The notes below the pieces were generated by a model. It was not told the origin of the DNA, ran no database searches, and saw nothing but the letters and a program-made list of their open reading frames with translations. This document shows positions 36,687 through 46,461 of a DNA stretch of 64,000 nt, piece after piece. Origin of the DNA: a virus (lineage: Duplodnaviria > Caudoviricetes). Location of the stretch: the IMG/VR virus record IMGVR_UViG_3300025867_000005. One strand, given 5' to 3'. Position numbers and translations under genes: made by a program. Numbering within the stretch: the first letter of the stretch is position 1; every line of letters starts with the position of its first letter.

Positions 36687-37833
36687 CCTCTTTCTTGCCT
36701 TTTTGGAGTAAATACTTTCGACTTACAGTCTTGAAACTGACATTCGGGTCATTGATTTTTGAGAAGACCAATCCTTCACGCAACTGATCTGGTTTGAGTT
36801 TGGAAAATCCGTCTGCGAATTCCAAAATAGAATTGACATCCGGGAACTGAGTAAGCCATCCGTCCCAAATGACAGGAACGACTTTTAGTTCTACTTTGAT
36901 TCCAAATTTCGCCTGAACACCATCAAACAGTTCTCTCATTTTGTAAGGATTGAAAAAGCTAACGCTTCCGTCCCTGTAATTTATCTTCACTCTGTAGACA
37001 TACAAATCTGGTTCCTTTAGACAATAGATATTGTTGCAAATCTTTGGTCCGATGATTTCTCCCTGAATCGCTACTGATTTAACACTTTTTCCAAGAAGGG
37101 ACAGGATTCCTTTTAAGTATGCTCTGATTTGATAAGCGTCATACATCTGCCACCAAACATTTTGACTTCTCGAAAGTTTCATATTCCTGCTACAGACTTT
37201 GAAAGAAGTCCCGAACAATCCGATTCTGCTGATAGAAAAAGTTGCGCTAGAACCTTCAATTTTCTCACTGGCAATGAACTTAGAATCGGCTTCTGTCTGA
37301 AGAATTCCTGGCATACACTGAATCCGGGTTTCGTCAGATTTAGAAATGATATCCGAAGGGAATCCTCCTTTTTCTTTGGACAGGAATGGAAGAATAAGCG
37401 TCCGCATGATCTTGTATTTCAAAAGGAACTTCAGAATCTTGGAATCCTTTTTATTACTGATAACGGTTTCAGGATCAGTTTCTTCTTTTTCATACTTGAC
37501 GATACCAAGCCTATCTGTCAAATCCGCTCCTTCCGTCAATCCGAGAGATTCTACATCAGGGAACAAAGACAAAGGCAAAGCAAGACCTTGGCTTACTTGA
37601 CCAGCCATCTTTACCGTCTTAACACGGTATTTCCGATTAGCCATGAAGGCAAAAACAGGATTTTCTTTCGGAAGCAAAGAATCGGTTTCAAAGAAAACGC
37701 AAAGATCACCGGTTTTGAAATCACTGCGTTTTGCGACAAGTTCCCATCCCAATACCTTCACCTTAACGACGGTATTGGCTCCTGGAATTTCTTCAACTGA
37801 AACAATTTTCTGAATACTGGCAAGTTTTCTCAT
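36676..37833 (-). CDS. ATP-dependent RNA ligase, DRB0094/Rnl2-like, with N-terminal OB-type domain
   Basis: MRKLASIQKI...GDLCVFFETDSLLP, KSDETRIQ, motif I SEKIEGSS, VCSRN, IQGEIIG, REGLVF, SFK. Confidence 0.9.
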   Translation of the reverse strand: MRKLASIQKIVSVEEIPGANTVVKVKVLGWELVAKRSDFKTGDLCVFFETDSLLPKENPVFAFMANRKYRVKTVKMAGQVSQGLALPLSLFPDVESLGLTEGADLTDRLGIVKYEKEETDPETVISNKKDSKILKFLLKYKIMRTLILPFLSKEKGGFPSDIISKSDETRIQCMPGILQTEADSKFIASEKIEGSSATFSISRIGLFGTSFKVCSRNMKLSRSQNVWWQMYDAYQIRAYLKGILSLLGKSVKSVAIQGEIIGPKICNNIYCLKEPDLYVYRVKINYRDGSVSFFNPYKMRELFDGVQAKFGIKVELKVVPVIWDGWLTQFPDVNSILEFADGFSKLKPDQLREGLVFSKINDPNVSFKTVSRKYLLQKGKKEDAD

Positions 37834-38165
37834 TTATTTTCCTTGTTAAAAACAGGTTCGACTTTTGCATACCACCGGAGGATGTTTTCCGCATCCAAAT
37901 CCGTTTCTTCTCGTTTGTCTATGATTTGGGAATACCATCTCAGTGTTTCCCGAGAAAGACAGTAAAAACACAACTTTTCTTCATACTTCTCAGCAAGTTC
38001 CAACAGATTTTCTTTGTCTTTGTCTTCTGAGATTTTAATCGTTTCCCTTATCTCTTGAAGAATTTCAAACATTTCTTTGCCCATTTTCAATATCGACAAT
38101 GTGTTCTTAAACAACATGTCAAGAAGATTCTTGCGCATTTCGTCTGTAATTTTAACGCTTGCCAT
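37830..38165 (-). CDS. Hypothetical protein
   Basis: 111 aa, ATGA overlap with the ligase. Confidence 0.55.
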   Translation of the reverse strand: MASVKITDEMRKNLLDMLFKNTLSILKMGKEMFEILQEIRETIKISEDKDKENLLELAEKYEEKLCFYCLSRETLRWYSQIIDKREETDLDAENILRWYAKVEPVFNKENK

Positions 38166-38188
38166 TTTTTAGCCTTCTTTCTGTAAAA

Positions 38189-38542
38189 TTAGGTTACATT
38201 GAATTCGATTATGAAACAGGCCTTCTCTCTTCCGATTGATTTCCTGATATCTTCACCCCATTCGATATTCAGCTCTTCTCCGCAGAATTCGAACATGTCT
38301 GCACCTTCCTGTATGTCTGTCGATTTCGTCCCGTACAGGAAAGAAAGCTTTCCGTCCACAGAATCAATCTTTGTCGGTTCAGGGAATTGATATTCAATAC
38401 CGTCAATGACGATAAGGATAATATTGTTCAAAGGTCTGCGGATAACGTGCTGACAAACACCAGAAACCGTTATCCCGTGCCTTGTAAACCCGACATTCTT
38501 GCCGATCATGCTATAAATTGAGAATCGATTGTTGTCTTCCAT
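38189..38542 (-). CDS. Hypothetical protein
   Basis: GGGG RBS, about 117 aa. Confidence 0.55.
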   Translation of the reverse strand: MEDNNRFSIYSMIGKNVGFTRHGITVSGVCQHVIRRPLNNIILIVIDGIEYQFPEPTKIDSVDGKLSFLYGTKSTDIQEGADMFEFCGEELNIEWGEDIRKSIGREKACFIIEFNVT

Positions 38543-38557
38543 CAAGAAAATTCCCCT

Positions 38558-39766
38558 TTAAATATAATCATAGTTTTCATCATCTGATTTTGTGAATTCT
38601 GTTGCTTTTTTCCCGAAACAGACGCGGAAGAGTTCGTCAGCCGCCGCCATCTCGTCTTGCAACACGGATTCGAAATAACAGAATTTGACGGCATTCGCCA
38701 ATGCCTGAACATTATTTTCCTGTTCGGCTTTGAACATATGAAAGGCATCACAGATGTCAATTACCTTTGTTGTGGAAAACGGAGTAAGGATTTCTCCGTC
38801 TTTCATCGCTTTGCGTAGACAATCTTTGAAATTCATAAATTTCACTGCGGTTTCGCAATCAAAGATGTTCCTGCTGATAATTTCACGTTCTGCCAGCTTG
38901 TCATACCCGAACCGAAAGGTTGCGGTAATACGCTGAATCATGGATGCGTCCAAAGCCCGACGTTGTGCCGAATATTGTTGCTGATTCGAAGACGCTCCAA
39001 GGCCATTGGTATTTCCAGCCAAGACGATGACAAAACCGGGATGACTTTTAACGACCCTTCCGCCATCTTCTGACAGGGAAATTTCACGAATCTTGTTCCT
39101 TGTCTCTAAGAGCGCGTTAAGACTGATTCCCACGCTCGGAGGAAGGCTTGCCGCTTCATCGATAAACAGAATGCCAGGTTCTCCACAGATGTTTCCCTGT
39201 TCGTCTAGCCCTTCCTGCATAGCCCTGACGGCGATACCGTCAGAAAAGACAATTTTATTTTTTCCTGTTTCTTTGTCGATCACAACGGTATTCGCACCGA
39301 AAAAGTTACTTGGTGTGGTTCCACCGTCACCGTTTAACTTGTAAAGCTTACGGTTAAGGGCAGTCGCCAGATACCTTGCGGCGGTAGTTTTACCGCAACC
39401 ACTGGGTCCGCTAAACCAAAAATTCATTGCACGATCAGCTTTCATCATCGTGATAACCTGTTTGAGGAAAGCCGGCACATGATAATTCTCAAACCCCGGA
39501 ATCTTCTCAAAGACATCTTCTGGGGCCTCTTCTTTTTCCTGTTTGATAGCAACAGCTTCAGGTTTGGGGGCATGAAAAGCCCCAGCAATAGGCTTTAAGG
39601 AAACCGTATTATCCTTGTAATACAGGAGATATCCGCTCTTAAATGCCCTGATCTTAATTGCCTTGAGATCTTTACTGGAAATCCCGTTTTCAAAAACAAG
39701 AGATCCTTCTGTTCCCGTTTTCCACAACGTTTCAAGCTTAGAATAATCTTTGTTCGTGATTGTCAT
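38558..39766 (-). CDS. MoxR/CobS/CbbQ-like AAA+ ATPase
   Basis: Walker A GPSGCGKT, Walker B LFIDEA, LNALLE, HPGFVIVLAGNT, LDASMIQR. Confidence 0.9.
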   Translation of the reverse strand: MTITNKDYSKLETLWKTGTEGSLVFENGISSKDLKAIKIRAFKSGYLLYYKDNTVSLKPIAGAFHAPKPEAVAIKQEKEEAPEDVFEKIPGFENYHVPAFLKQVITMMKADRAMNFWFSGPSGCGKTTAARYLATALNRKLYKLNGDGGTTPSNFFGANTVVIDKETGKNKIVFSDGIAVRAMQEGLDEQGNICGEPGILFIDEAASLPPSVGISLNALLETRNKIREISLSEDGGRVVKSHPGFVIVLAGNTNGLGASSNQQQYSAQRRALDASMIQRITATFRFGYDKLAEREIISRNIFDCETAVKFMNFKDCLRKAMKDGEILTPFSTTKVIDICDAFHMFKAEQENNVQALANAVKFCYFESVLQDEMAAADELFRVCFGKKATEFTKSDDENYDYI

Positions 39767-39796
39767 AAATAGCCTTTCTCGTTTGTCTTTAATCAA

Positions 39797-39825
39797 ACTG
39801 TATCATTACTTCTCGCTGTTGTCAA
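39797..39825 (-). promoter_or_regulatory. Sigma70-type promoter TTGACA-N17-TACAGT
   Basis: Perfect -35, 17-bp spacer. Confidence 0.75.
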
Positions 39826-39830
39826 TAGGT

Positions 39831-41462
39831 CTAGGCTTTTCCCCTGTTCCGAGTAACGATATCGGCGATTTTCGTCAAAACCGTCTTTGAAAATGCGTTG
39901 CCTTCAGAGGAATTGATTTCTGAAACATATTCTTTTCCGTAATGGACGGCAACAGCGTTTCCACAGTCGATAGATAAGGCGTAAACTTCTATCCCGTTCT
40001 TCCTTGCATCGGAAAGAACACGAGAGAGGTTGTTGGAAACTTTTTCATCTGACTTTTCATCTTGACCGCTAAAAGTTTCCCCATCAGTAATGACGAAGAT
40101 AATCTTCCTCTTTTCCTTACGTAGGCTTAGATTTGAAACTGCATAAGAAATGGCTTCACCGTCGATATGATTCTCTATCCCGTGATAATTCATCACGGTA
40201 GAACCAACACTGTTCCAGTTGTCTTCAAACTTCTTGTAGATTGAAAACACCATGCTTCTCCATCTTGTAAAACAAAAGTTCTTGTTTCGTGGGGTTTTTG
40301 TAGAAGAACCGAAAATTTCAAAAGGAACTTCAATCCTGTGAAGCGTTTCTCCCAAAACGATCATCGTGTCTATTACGTATTTGGAAACATTGCACATAGA
40401 ATAGCTTTGATCAACACAGATGGAAACCGCCGTATTCAAATCCAAACCTTCATGGATATCAGTAAATACGTCTTTCCTCAAGGAAAAAGCGATTTCAGGA
40501 AGCATCTTTGTGTTGATATTCCCGGATTCCAACCCCGAAATGACGGAATTGTTGACAACCGCTTCCATCTTTTCCTGAATAGAAGAAACCAAAGAGAGAA
40601 GCGGTTTGCCGAGTTTGGCTTTCCGTTCGCGGTATTTCTCTTTCAGAAAGGCAAAAGGATTAACGACTTCAAAGACATCTTCGTCTCGATACGCGGTATA
40701 TACTTCACCTGATAACTTTAATGCCGAAACCTTTGAAGAGATATTATTGTTCCGTTCTTCTTTGATTTCAGAACCACTGATATTGTCTGTTTTTTCAGCA
40801 TCCCCTTCTTCGCAATCGGGTTTTGTTCCTTCTTTTGAAGTTTTCCCATTATCATTGCTTTCTAGATCTTTAATCTCATCTTTCCAGAGTTCAAAAATCT
40901 GTTTGGCAAGAGCTAAGTTGTCTTCAGAAGACAGAGACTCTTTCCATTTTGAGAAAATCGGATAGGCGGATTCAATCATGTTGATCGTCTTTTCATCAAT
41001 GTCCCATTTGGGAACGAGATTGATTTCAGAAAACATCAGGTACAAAATAGCATCGCTAAATCCGCTGTTTATCTTCCCGTCTTTCTTTTCTGAAATTTTA
41101 ACGAAGATGTTTCGGTTTGAATTATTGATGCTGATTCCGATTCCGACATATTCTTTACTGATTTTGTCTTCAATCCACAGATCTTCAATCGCATTCCAAA
41201 TCTTGAAAATGCAACTTTGTTCCTTTATGTCAGAACTGTAAAGGATGTGCCCTAGTTCATGAAAGCAATCGGCTCTAAGGTTTTCTTTGCTTTCTTCATC
41301 CAAGGTCTGAGAACAACAGATTACAGGAATGTGGATTTCCCGTTCTTTGATCCGTGCGAAAGGAGTTGCCCCTTCTTTTTCCCAAATGACGCGGATAGAA
41401 TTGTCCTTGCATATCGCATTGACAACCGTTTCCATTGTTTGAGTAAAGTATCTGTATCCCAT
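39831..41462 (-). CDS. CobT-like protein with HExxH N-domain and vWA (MIDAS) domain
   Basis: HELGH, WNAIEDLWIE, VDQSYSM, DGEAI and VITDG motifs; adjacent to the MoxR ATPase. Confidence 0.85.
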   Translation of the reverse strand: MGYRYFTQTMETVVNAICKDNSIRVIWEKEGATPFARIKEREIHIPVICCSQTLDEESKENLRADCFHELGHILYSSDIKEQSCIFKIWNAIEDLWIEDKISKEYVGIGISINNSNRNIFVKISEKKDGKINSGFSDAILYLMFSEINLVPKWDIDEKTINMIESAYPIFSKWKESLSSEDNLALAKQIFELWKDEIKDLESNDNGKTSKEGTKPDCEEGDAEKTDNISGSEIKEERNNNISSKVSALKLSGEVYTAYRDEDVFEVVNPFAFLKEKYRERKAKLGKPLLSLVSSIQEKMEAVVNNSVISGLESGNINTKMLPEIAFSLRKDVFTDIHEGLDLNTAVSICVDQSYSMCNVSKYVIDTMIVLGETLHRIEVPFEIFGSSTKTPRNKNFCFTRWRSMVFSIYKKFEDNWNSVGSTVMNYHGIENHIDGEAISYAVSNLSLRKEKRKIIFVITDGETFSGQDEKSDEKVSNNLSRVLSDARKNGIEVYALSIDCGNAVAVHYGKEYVSEINSSEGNAFSKTVLTKIADIVTRNRGKA

Positions 41463-41493
41463 TTTTGTTCCCTTTCATTTCAGAAACAGAAAT

Positions 41494-41522
41494 AAGATAC
41501 CACATTCAGACCCTGTTGTCAA
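41494..41522 (-). promoter_or_regulatory. Sigma70-type promoter TTGACA-N17-TATCTT
   Basis: Perfect -35, TG upstream of -10. Confidence 0.75.
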
Positions 41523-41528
41523 ATCCGT

Positions 41529-42908
41529 CTATGCTTTCGGATTCAACAACCTCTGACTTTCAGTTTCCCACTTTTTCATCAGGGCGATTTTCAAACACTT
41601 GTCTTTAAATTCAGCCCCGGTTACAAGGGAATCCGTAACGACATTCTGAATTTCTTCCGGCCATTCGGAAAGGATTTTTTCAGCGAGAGCTGTCTGTCCT
41701 TCACGGCCAAAAGGCTTCACTTCATGACATTCATCTATCCTCCCCGGCCTTAAAAGAGCAGGATCTATTTTGGAAATGTTGTTAGTCGTTACGGCAAAGT
41801 AGACCCCGTTTATTTCATTGATACCGTCAATCGCATTGATGAAAGTAGAGAAAGTCAAAGGGTTCTGCATCGTGTTTTTGCTTGTTGTTTCCCGTCCGTT
41901 AAAAACGACATCAATATCTTCAAACAGGAAAAAGGAAGGATTATAGTCAGACACTCCTCCGCTTTTCCCATAGCGCAAAACGGAATCCAAAAATTCAGAA
42001 TCCCTAAAAGAAGCAAGGTTGAAGACATAAATGTCCATTCCGAGCATCTTCGCTATATTACGGATAAGACTTGTTTTCCCCGTGCCTGGGAGTCCATAAA
42101 GGCACATTCCCCTTTTCCAAGGAATATCCATGCCCTTATACCAACTCCGCATATTCATCCAAGTTTCCACTTCTTTAATAACGGGAAGCAAGTCTTCACC
42201 ATAATAGAACATGTCAAAAGGAGTCTTCTGCTTCAATTGGTATTCAAAACCCTTGAGCGTTTCTGAATACTGACGGTCTATATACTTAGTTAGGTTTACG
42301 CCGCCACCAATTCCTCCACCGCTTGCACTCTTTGCTTCACTGGAAGGAGAATCTGAAGATGATGTTACCATCTTCAGATCGGCATTTCCTTCGTTTTTAG
42401 ATGAAGAATTTCCAAGTGAACCGTTGACGAAAACGATGTTAGAATATTCTTTCCTATATATGTTTTCTTCTTTTAGATCTTCTTCTCTTCGTCCCAAACT
42501 GCATTTTATGTTTATGTCAAAAAGTTCTTTTCCTATTTTTATGGCATTTAGGGTGAACCTGACATAAATTATCTGTGCTTTTCCTAACATATTATCATAC
42601 TTTATGATAACCGGAAACGGGAGAAACCCGATACAGATTTTGTTCCGAAACCTTGATTTTAGTAAGCTGAATCTGATTTTGGATGTTTCATGCATTTCTT
42701 CTAAGAAATATGTACTGTCTCCGAAACAGTAAATCCGTTTGCTTTTGATCCATTCAAAAAACGCCATAGCGCTTAAGTCTTCATATGAAGTCACACAGAT
42801 GAAAACAGACCGAAAGGAGTTAATGATATTCCTTACTTGGGAAAAAGCAGTAGCTAAAACGGCACCGATACCGCCCGTAGCCATCGCCGTTGTTAAACCA
42901 ATGCTCAT
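41529..42908 (-). CDS. Membrane-anchored BCS1-like AAA ATPase
   Basis: Hydrophobic N-terminus; PWKRGMCLYGLPGTGKTS, FEDID, FINAIDG and IDPALLRPGRID motifs. Confidence 0.88.
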   Translation of the reverse strand: MSIGLTTAMATGGIGAVLATAFSQVRNIINSFRSVFICVTSYEDLSAMAFFEWIKSKRIYCFGDSTYFLEEMHETSKIRFSLLKSRFRNKICIGFLPFPVIIKYDNMLGKAQIIYVRFTLNAIKIGKELFDINIKCSLGRREEDLKEENIYRKEYSNIVFVNGSLGNSSSKNEGNADLKMVTSSSDSPSSEAKSASGGGIGGGVNLTKYIDRQYSETLKGFEYQLKQKTPFDMFYYGEDLLPVIKEVETWMNMRSWYKGMDIPWKRGMCLYGLPGTGKTSLIRNIAKMLGMDIYVFNLASFRDSEFLDSVLRYGKSGGVSDYNPSFFLFEDIDVVFNGRETTSKNTMQNPLTFSTFINAIDGINEINGVYFAVTTNNISKIDPALLRPGRIDECHEVKPFGREGQTALAEKILSEWPEEIQNVVTDSLVTGAEFKDKCLKIALMKKWETESQRLLNPKA

Positions 42909-42909
42909 T

Positions 42910-43965
42910 TTACTTGTTCCTTTCCCACGAAGTGATTGTATCCATGAAAAGACGGTTTACTGCCTTCATATTGCAGGAATCCGGAAGTCCGATCGCACCA
43001 TTCATCTTTCCTTCGACATAATCAGAAATTGGATTTGCGACATCCATTAATTCTTCATATGTGAAGGCTCCTTCACGAATTTTGCGAAGGAATTCCAAAT
43101 CCTTACCTTGGAATCTGACAATCGGTTCCCCGTTATCTACGATGTTTTTGGCAGACATCAGGATTCTGATCAAATGTAAAATATTCTTTTCATCAAAATC
43201 TAGACCTTTTTCTTGATTTTTCCATCTATCAGGATTCCTGTTCTTCATCCAATCCCAATATTCCTTCCACTTGGTCAAAGCTGTCTTAAACCCGTCTTCC
43301 TGATAGGTAAGCATTCCGATACAGGTGTCAGAATCTTGTTTCGGAACGCTTTCAAAGACAAGCATATCCCCTTTGAAGACACCGCTTCCATTCGGATAAA
43401 GGTTGTAACAATTGGTTAGGTGTGGAACGGCAGTCGCACGGCAAGTCGTAAGATCAATTCCGGTTTCAGAAATCGGGATTGTAACTGTCTTGCTGCCTTC
43501 TTTGACGGCAACCCAGCAGAAATCCAAACGGGACGGCCGATCTACAGACATCGGGTTGTTGATAAGTTTGTTCTGGCCTCTTGCTTTTTTCAATTGGGAA
43601 ATGGCATAACAGCTATGGGTGAACACCGCCTTCTTTGTAATAAACATGTTGCGGTTGGTTAGGATGTTCTCCCACTCAGTAGAGGTCTTGACAATACAAT
43701 CAGGAGGCAACCACAGAAGTTCGATGATATTCGGAGTTGCTTTAATCGCAAGATCGAAAAACTTCTTCAACTCATACAGCTTGTCATCTTCCTCTTCCGG
43801 ATTTACGGTTTCATGCGGGAGATCAAACAATCCGATCCTTTCAGATGTAGGAAGGATAAACACTCCACGGTAATCCGTATCACTGGTCGGTAAATTCGTG
43901 CCGTAAGCCCGGCTTCCGGTAATTCCCTTGAAAAAACAGTTTCGTAGAGCATCATAATAATTCAT
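42910..43965 (-). CDS. Pol-beta-family nucleotidyltransferase (RlaP/YcgL-like)
   Basis: GSRAYGTNLPTSDTDYRGVF, YELKKF, PNIIELLW and HLIRIL motifs. Confidence 0.88.
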   Translation of the reverse strand: MNYYDALRNCFFKGITGSRAYGTNLPTSDTDYRGVFILPTSERIGLFDLPHETVNPEEEDDKLYELKKFFDLAIKATPNIIELLWLPPDCIVKTSTEWENILTNRNMFITKKAVFTHSCYAISQLKKARGQNKLINNPMSVDRPSRLDFCWVAVKEGSKTVTIPISETGIDLTTCRATAVPHLTNCYNLYPNGSGVFKGDMLVFESVPKQDSDTCIGMLTYQEDGFKTALTKWKEYWDWMKNRNPDRWKNQEKGLDFDEKNILHLIRILMSAKNIVDNGEPIVRFQGKDLEFLRKIREGAFTYEELMDVANPISDYVEGKMNGAIGLPDSCNMKAVNRLFMDTITSWERNK

Positions 43966-43994
43966 TTTTTCTCCTTTTGAAATAATCAACAAAC

Positions 43995-44023
43995 AATATA
44001 CCTTTTCTTGACGCATTTGTCAA
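43995..44023 (-). promoter_or_regulatory. Sigma70-type promoter TTGACA-N17-TATATT
   Basis: Near-consensus; divergent from TTTTGATA at 44042. Confidence 0.8.
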
Positions 44024-44072
44024 TATAGTAAAGTTGTCTTTTTTTGATAGAATCCACATAGCTGAGGTAAAA

Positions 44073-44840
44073 ATGAACCACTTCTTCCTAAAATCGATGC
44101 TTCTTGTTTCTCTTTCACTTTTTTCTTTCAGAAGTGAAGCAGTAGAAATTGATGTCGGACTGGCATTGAATAGCTTTAACTCCAGAATCCTTAGTCTGGA
44201 AAGCAAATCCGGCGCTCAGGAAATGCTCAACAATGGATTTGTTTCTTATATGGACAGAGGTTATTCTCAAGCCCTGACGGATAATCTAACGAATCTTCTT
44301 CTGAAAGTAGACACAAGATTCGGGATGACAAACCTTACACTTTTCGGGGTTGAAACCGTGCTTATAGAAGGTGTCCCTATCGTACAGACGAATGTCGTCT
44401 GTAAATTTATAGACAATCACACTTTTGAACAAATTATTTCCGGCATCAATTCAAATTTCAACAGCCATATTTCAGAAACCAACGCCCATTACGTAACCAC
44501 GGAATTGATAGGTGCCGTTTCTGTAACCAACAGTTATCAATATGTTTTGCCTTCCGTTTCAGAAACAAACAAATTCGTTCTGTCTTCAAATGCAGTATAC
44601 CGCATTTCAAATCTGACCCAGGATATCATCTTTGACACTCCTGAAACAGTATCAGGTAAGTATTCAAGTTTCCACATACACCTTACAAAAGGAAGCGGGA
44701 CTGTTACTTTCTTCCCGAATATAACCTGGATCTACGGAGAACCACCGGAATTGGACATTGAAGGGACAACATATGTGTTCGGGTTCGAATCTTTAGACGG
44801 CGGGCAAACCTGGAGAGGGTGGATTGAATATACTTACTAG
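44073..44840 (+). CDS. Secreted fibre-like protein
   Basis: GAGG RBS; signal-peptide-like MNHFFLKSMLLVSLSLFSFRSEA; fibre motif HISETNAHYVT; C-terminal TVTFFPNITWIYGEPP...DGGQTWRG module. Confidence 0.65.
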   Translation: MNHFFLKSMLLVSLSLFSFRSEAVEIDVGLALNSFNSRILSLESKSGAQEMLNNGFVSYMDRGYSQALTDNLTNLLLKVDTRFGMTNLTLFGVETVLIEGVPIVQTNVVCKFIDNHTFEQIISGINSNFNSHISETNAHYVTTELIGAVSVTNSYQYVLPSVSETNKFVLSSNAVYRISNLTQDIIFDTPETVSGKYSSFHIHLTKGSGTVTFFPNITWIYGEPPELDIEGTTYVFGFESLDGGQTWRGWIEYTY

Positions 44841-45561
44841 ACTTCTTTTTCTGTTTCCTTTATTTCTGTTCGGTGGAGAAATCCGTTTCCGAGAGGACTT
44901 CAGCAATCCCGATTTCAAGGTTTCCGGAGAAACTGTTTCTGTCGATGTAAAAGACGGGATTAATGTTCAGGAACCTGGTTCACCGGTTTTGCCTTGTTTC
45001 GTTTTCAGCAAGCCGATAAGCAGAAATGAAAAGGTAGAAAACATTTCTTTTACGGTTTTCTCTTCACAAAAGTATGTACTAGAGAAACGGGTTAAAACAG
45101 CAGAAACACCTTTTAATGAAAACGGTATCGGGAAGGTTCAGGATTCACTTTTTACCGCCGTTACAGGAACCAATGTTTTCAGTTTCCACAGCTTTACAAA
45201 TGTCACAGATTTAAAATTCAACACCTTTATCTCTACAAGGATGCTACGGCCTTTTGATTTCAGCATCGTTTCAGATTCAAACCCGCTTACTCTTTAGGCT
45301 TTGACGATAAAAGATATCCGTCTTCCCAAAGGCATGCTTTTGGACATAGATAAAACCGTGATTGAAGAAAATGATATTTCTAATATCCTTCTGGCATATT
45401 TCCCTTCCCTTTCGGACTGGAATACTTCTAAAATAAGAATCAATTTCTTTATCGATGATTACAAAAAACAGAAACCAATTTCTATTGGAAAGCAATCAAG
45501 TGAAATTCTAGCATTTGAATCAAATCTTGTAAGGCTATTTCTTAAACCAAAACGAACTTAA
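44824..45561 (+). CDS. Secreted protein with a gingipain (C25) propeptide-like N-domain; one in-frame TAG at 45295-45297
   Basis: Signal-peptide-like start, EPGSPVLP motif; ORFs 44824-45297 and 45301-45561 share a frame and are separated only by TAG-GCT. Confidence 0.5.
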
Positions 45562-45594
45562 ACCCAAAGTGATTTTAAAACTAAGTGACTAAAG

Positions 45595-46425
45595 GAATCC
45601 CGGACGGCCTTGATAACAAGTTCCGGGGGCGTAACGTCAAGGAAGCATTTATGGATTTCCGTATCGCAATTCTTGTCTGTAATCGACACTGTTAAAAACA
45701 GAAACATGTCGGATTCAAACAAGACCCTGTAATAAGGTGAAGATAGCAGGAACACGGCCTTCGCGTGAAGGAGCGGAGCCAAAAGGGATAACCCGGTTGG
45801 CTTAATGAACTCTATAGCCTATGGATATATGGTGGAACACCAACCCGTTAATCTATGGGACGTTGACCAGCGACAGGGAATAACAACACCTGTGGGGATA
45901 TAGAGAAGGTATGCCTAGTCTGCCTAATAGACTAGTGTAGGTTTGTGGGGGACACCCGCTGCACGAGGGGCATACAGAGATATGGCGTAATTCCATTCTC
46001 AGTCTGCGATAGCGTATACCGATTCTCAACCTATACGATTAGCACATCAGGATTTCCTTAACAGAATCCTGTAAAAAGAATGAATGGAACAGATATGATA
46101 AGACTTTGTTCTTATACCTCTTCCTTGTAGAAGGGGGAAAATCTGTTCCTTCATTCCCTCAAACTCACCGACCGATATCACACATACGGGGATTTCCCCA
46201 AATGTTCTTCGAACAATTTGTTGGTCCCTGATCCCCTGTGTGATTCCAATGAAAAGACATTGTTTTCAAAAATTACTAAAATTAAATCCTGATTCATGTA
46301 CTGAAAGGGAATGATCAGGATCAGAACACCGGGTATTCACGGTTTCTGAAATATTCAAGATGCCAATGATTTAAGGTATTTTTAGGTATTGGTTTTTAAA
46401 GCCTTTTCGTTAGAAAAGCTGAAAT
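45595..46425 (+). ncRNA. Candidate large structured non-coding RNA, family not recognised
   Basis: About 900 bp without a credible ORF in a gene-dense genome; more than 15 stems including nested multibranch junctions; mismatches resolve as G-U on the + strand. Confidence 0.65.
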
Positions 46426-46461
46426 TGTTTTTCTATATGTCGGATAGAGGAAAGAACACTT

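Noticed and set aside
45558-45782. 74-aa minus-strand ORF
   Set aside because: TTG start, no RBS or promoter, no protein-like features; it lies over the structured region.
45562-46461. tmRNA, RNase P RNA, tRNA cluster or group I/II intron
   Set aside because: I found no tRNA-like acceptor or T-arm ends, no GAGGAAAGUCC, no group II domain V, no ordered group I P7 pairing and no interrupted host gene. A covariance search is still needed.
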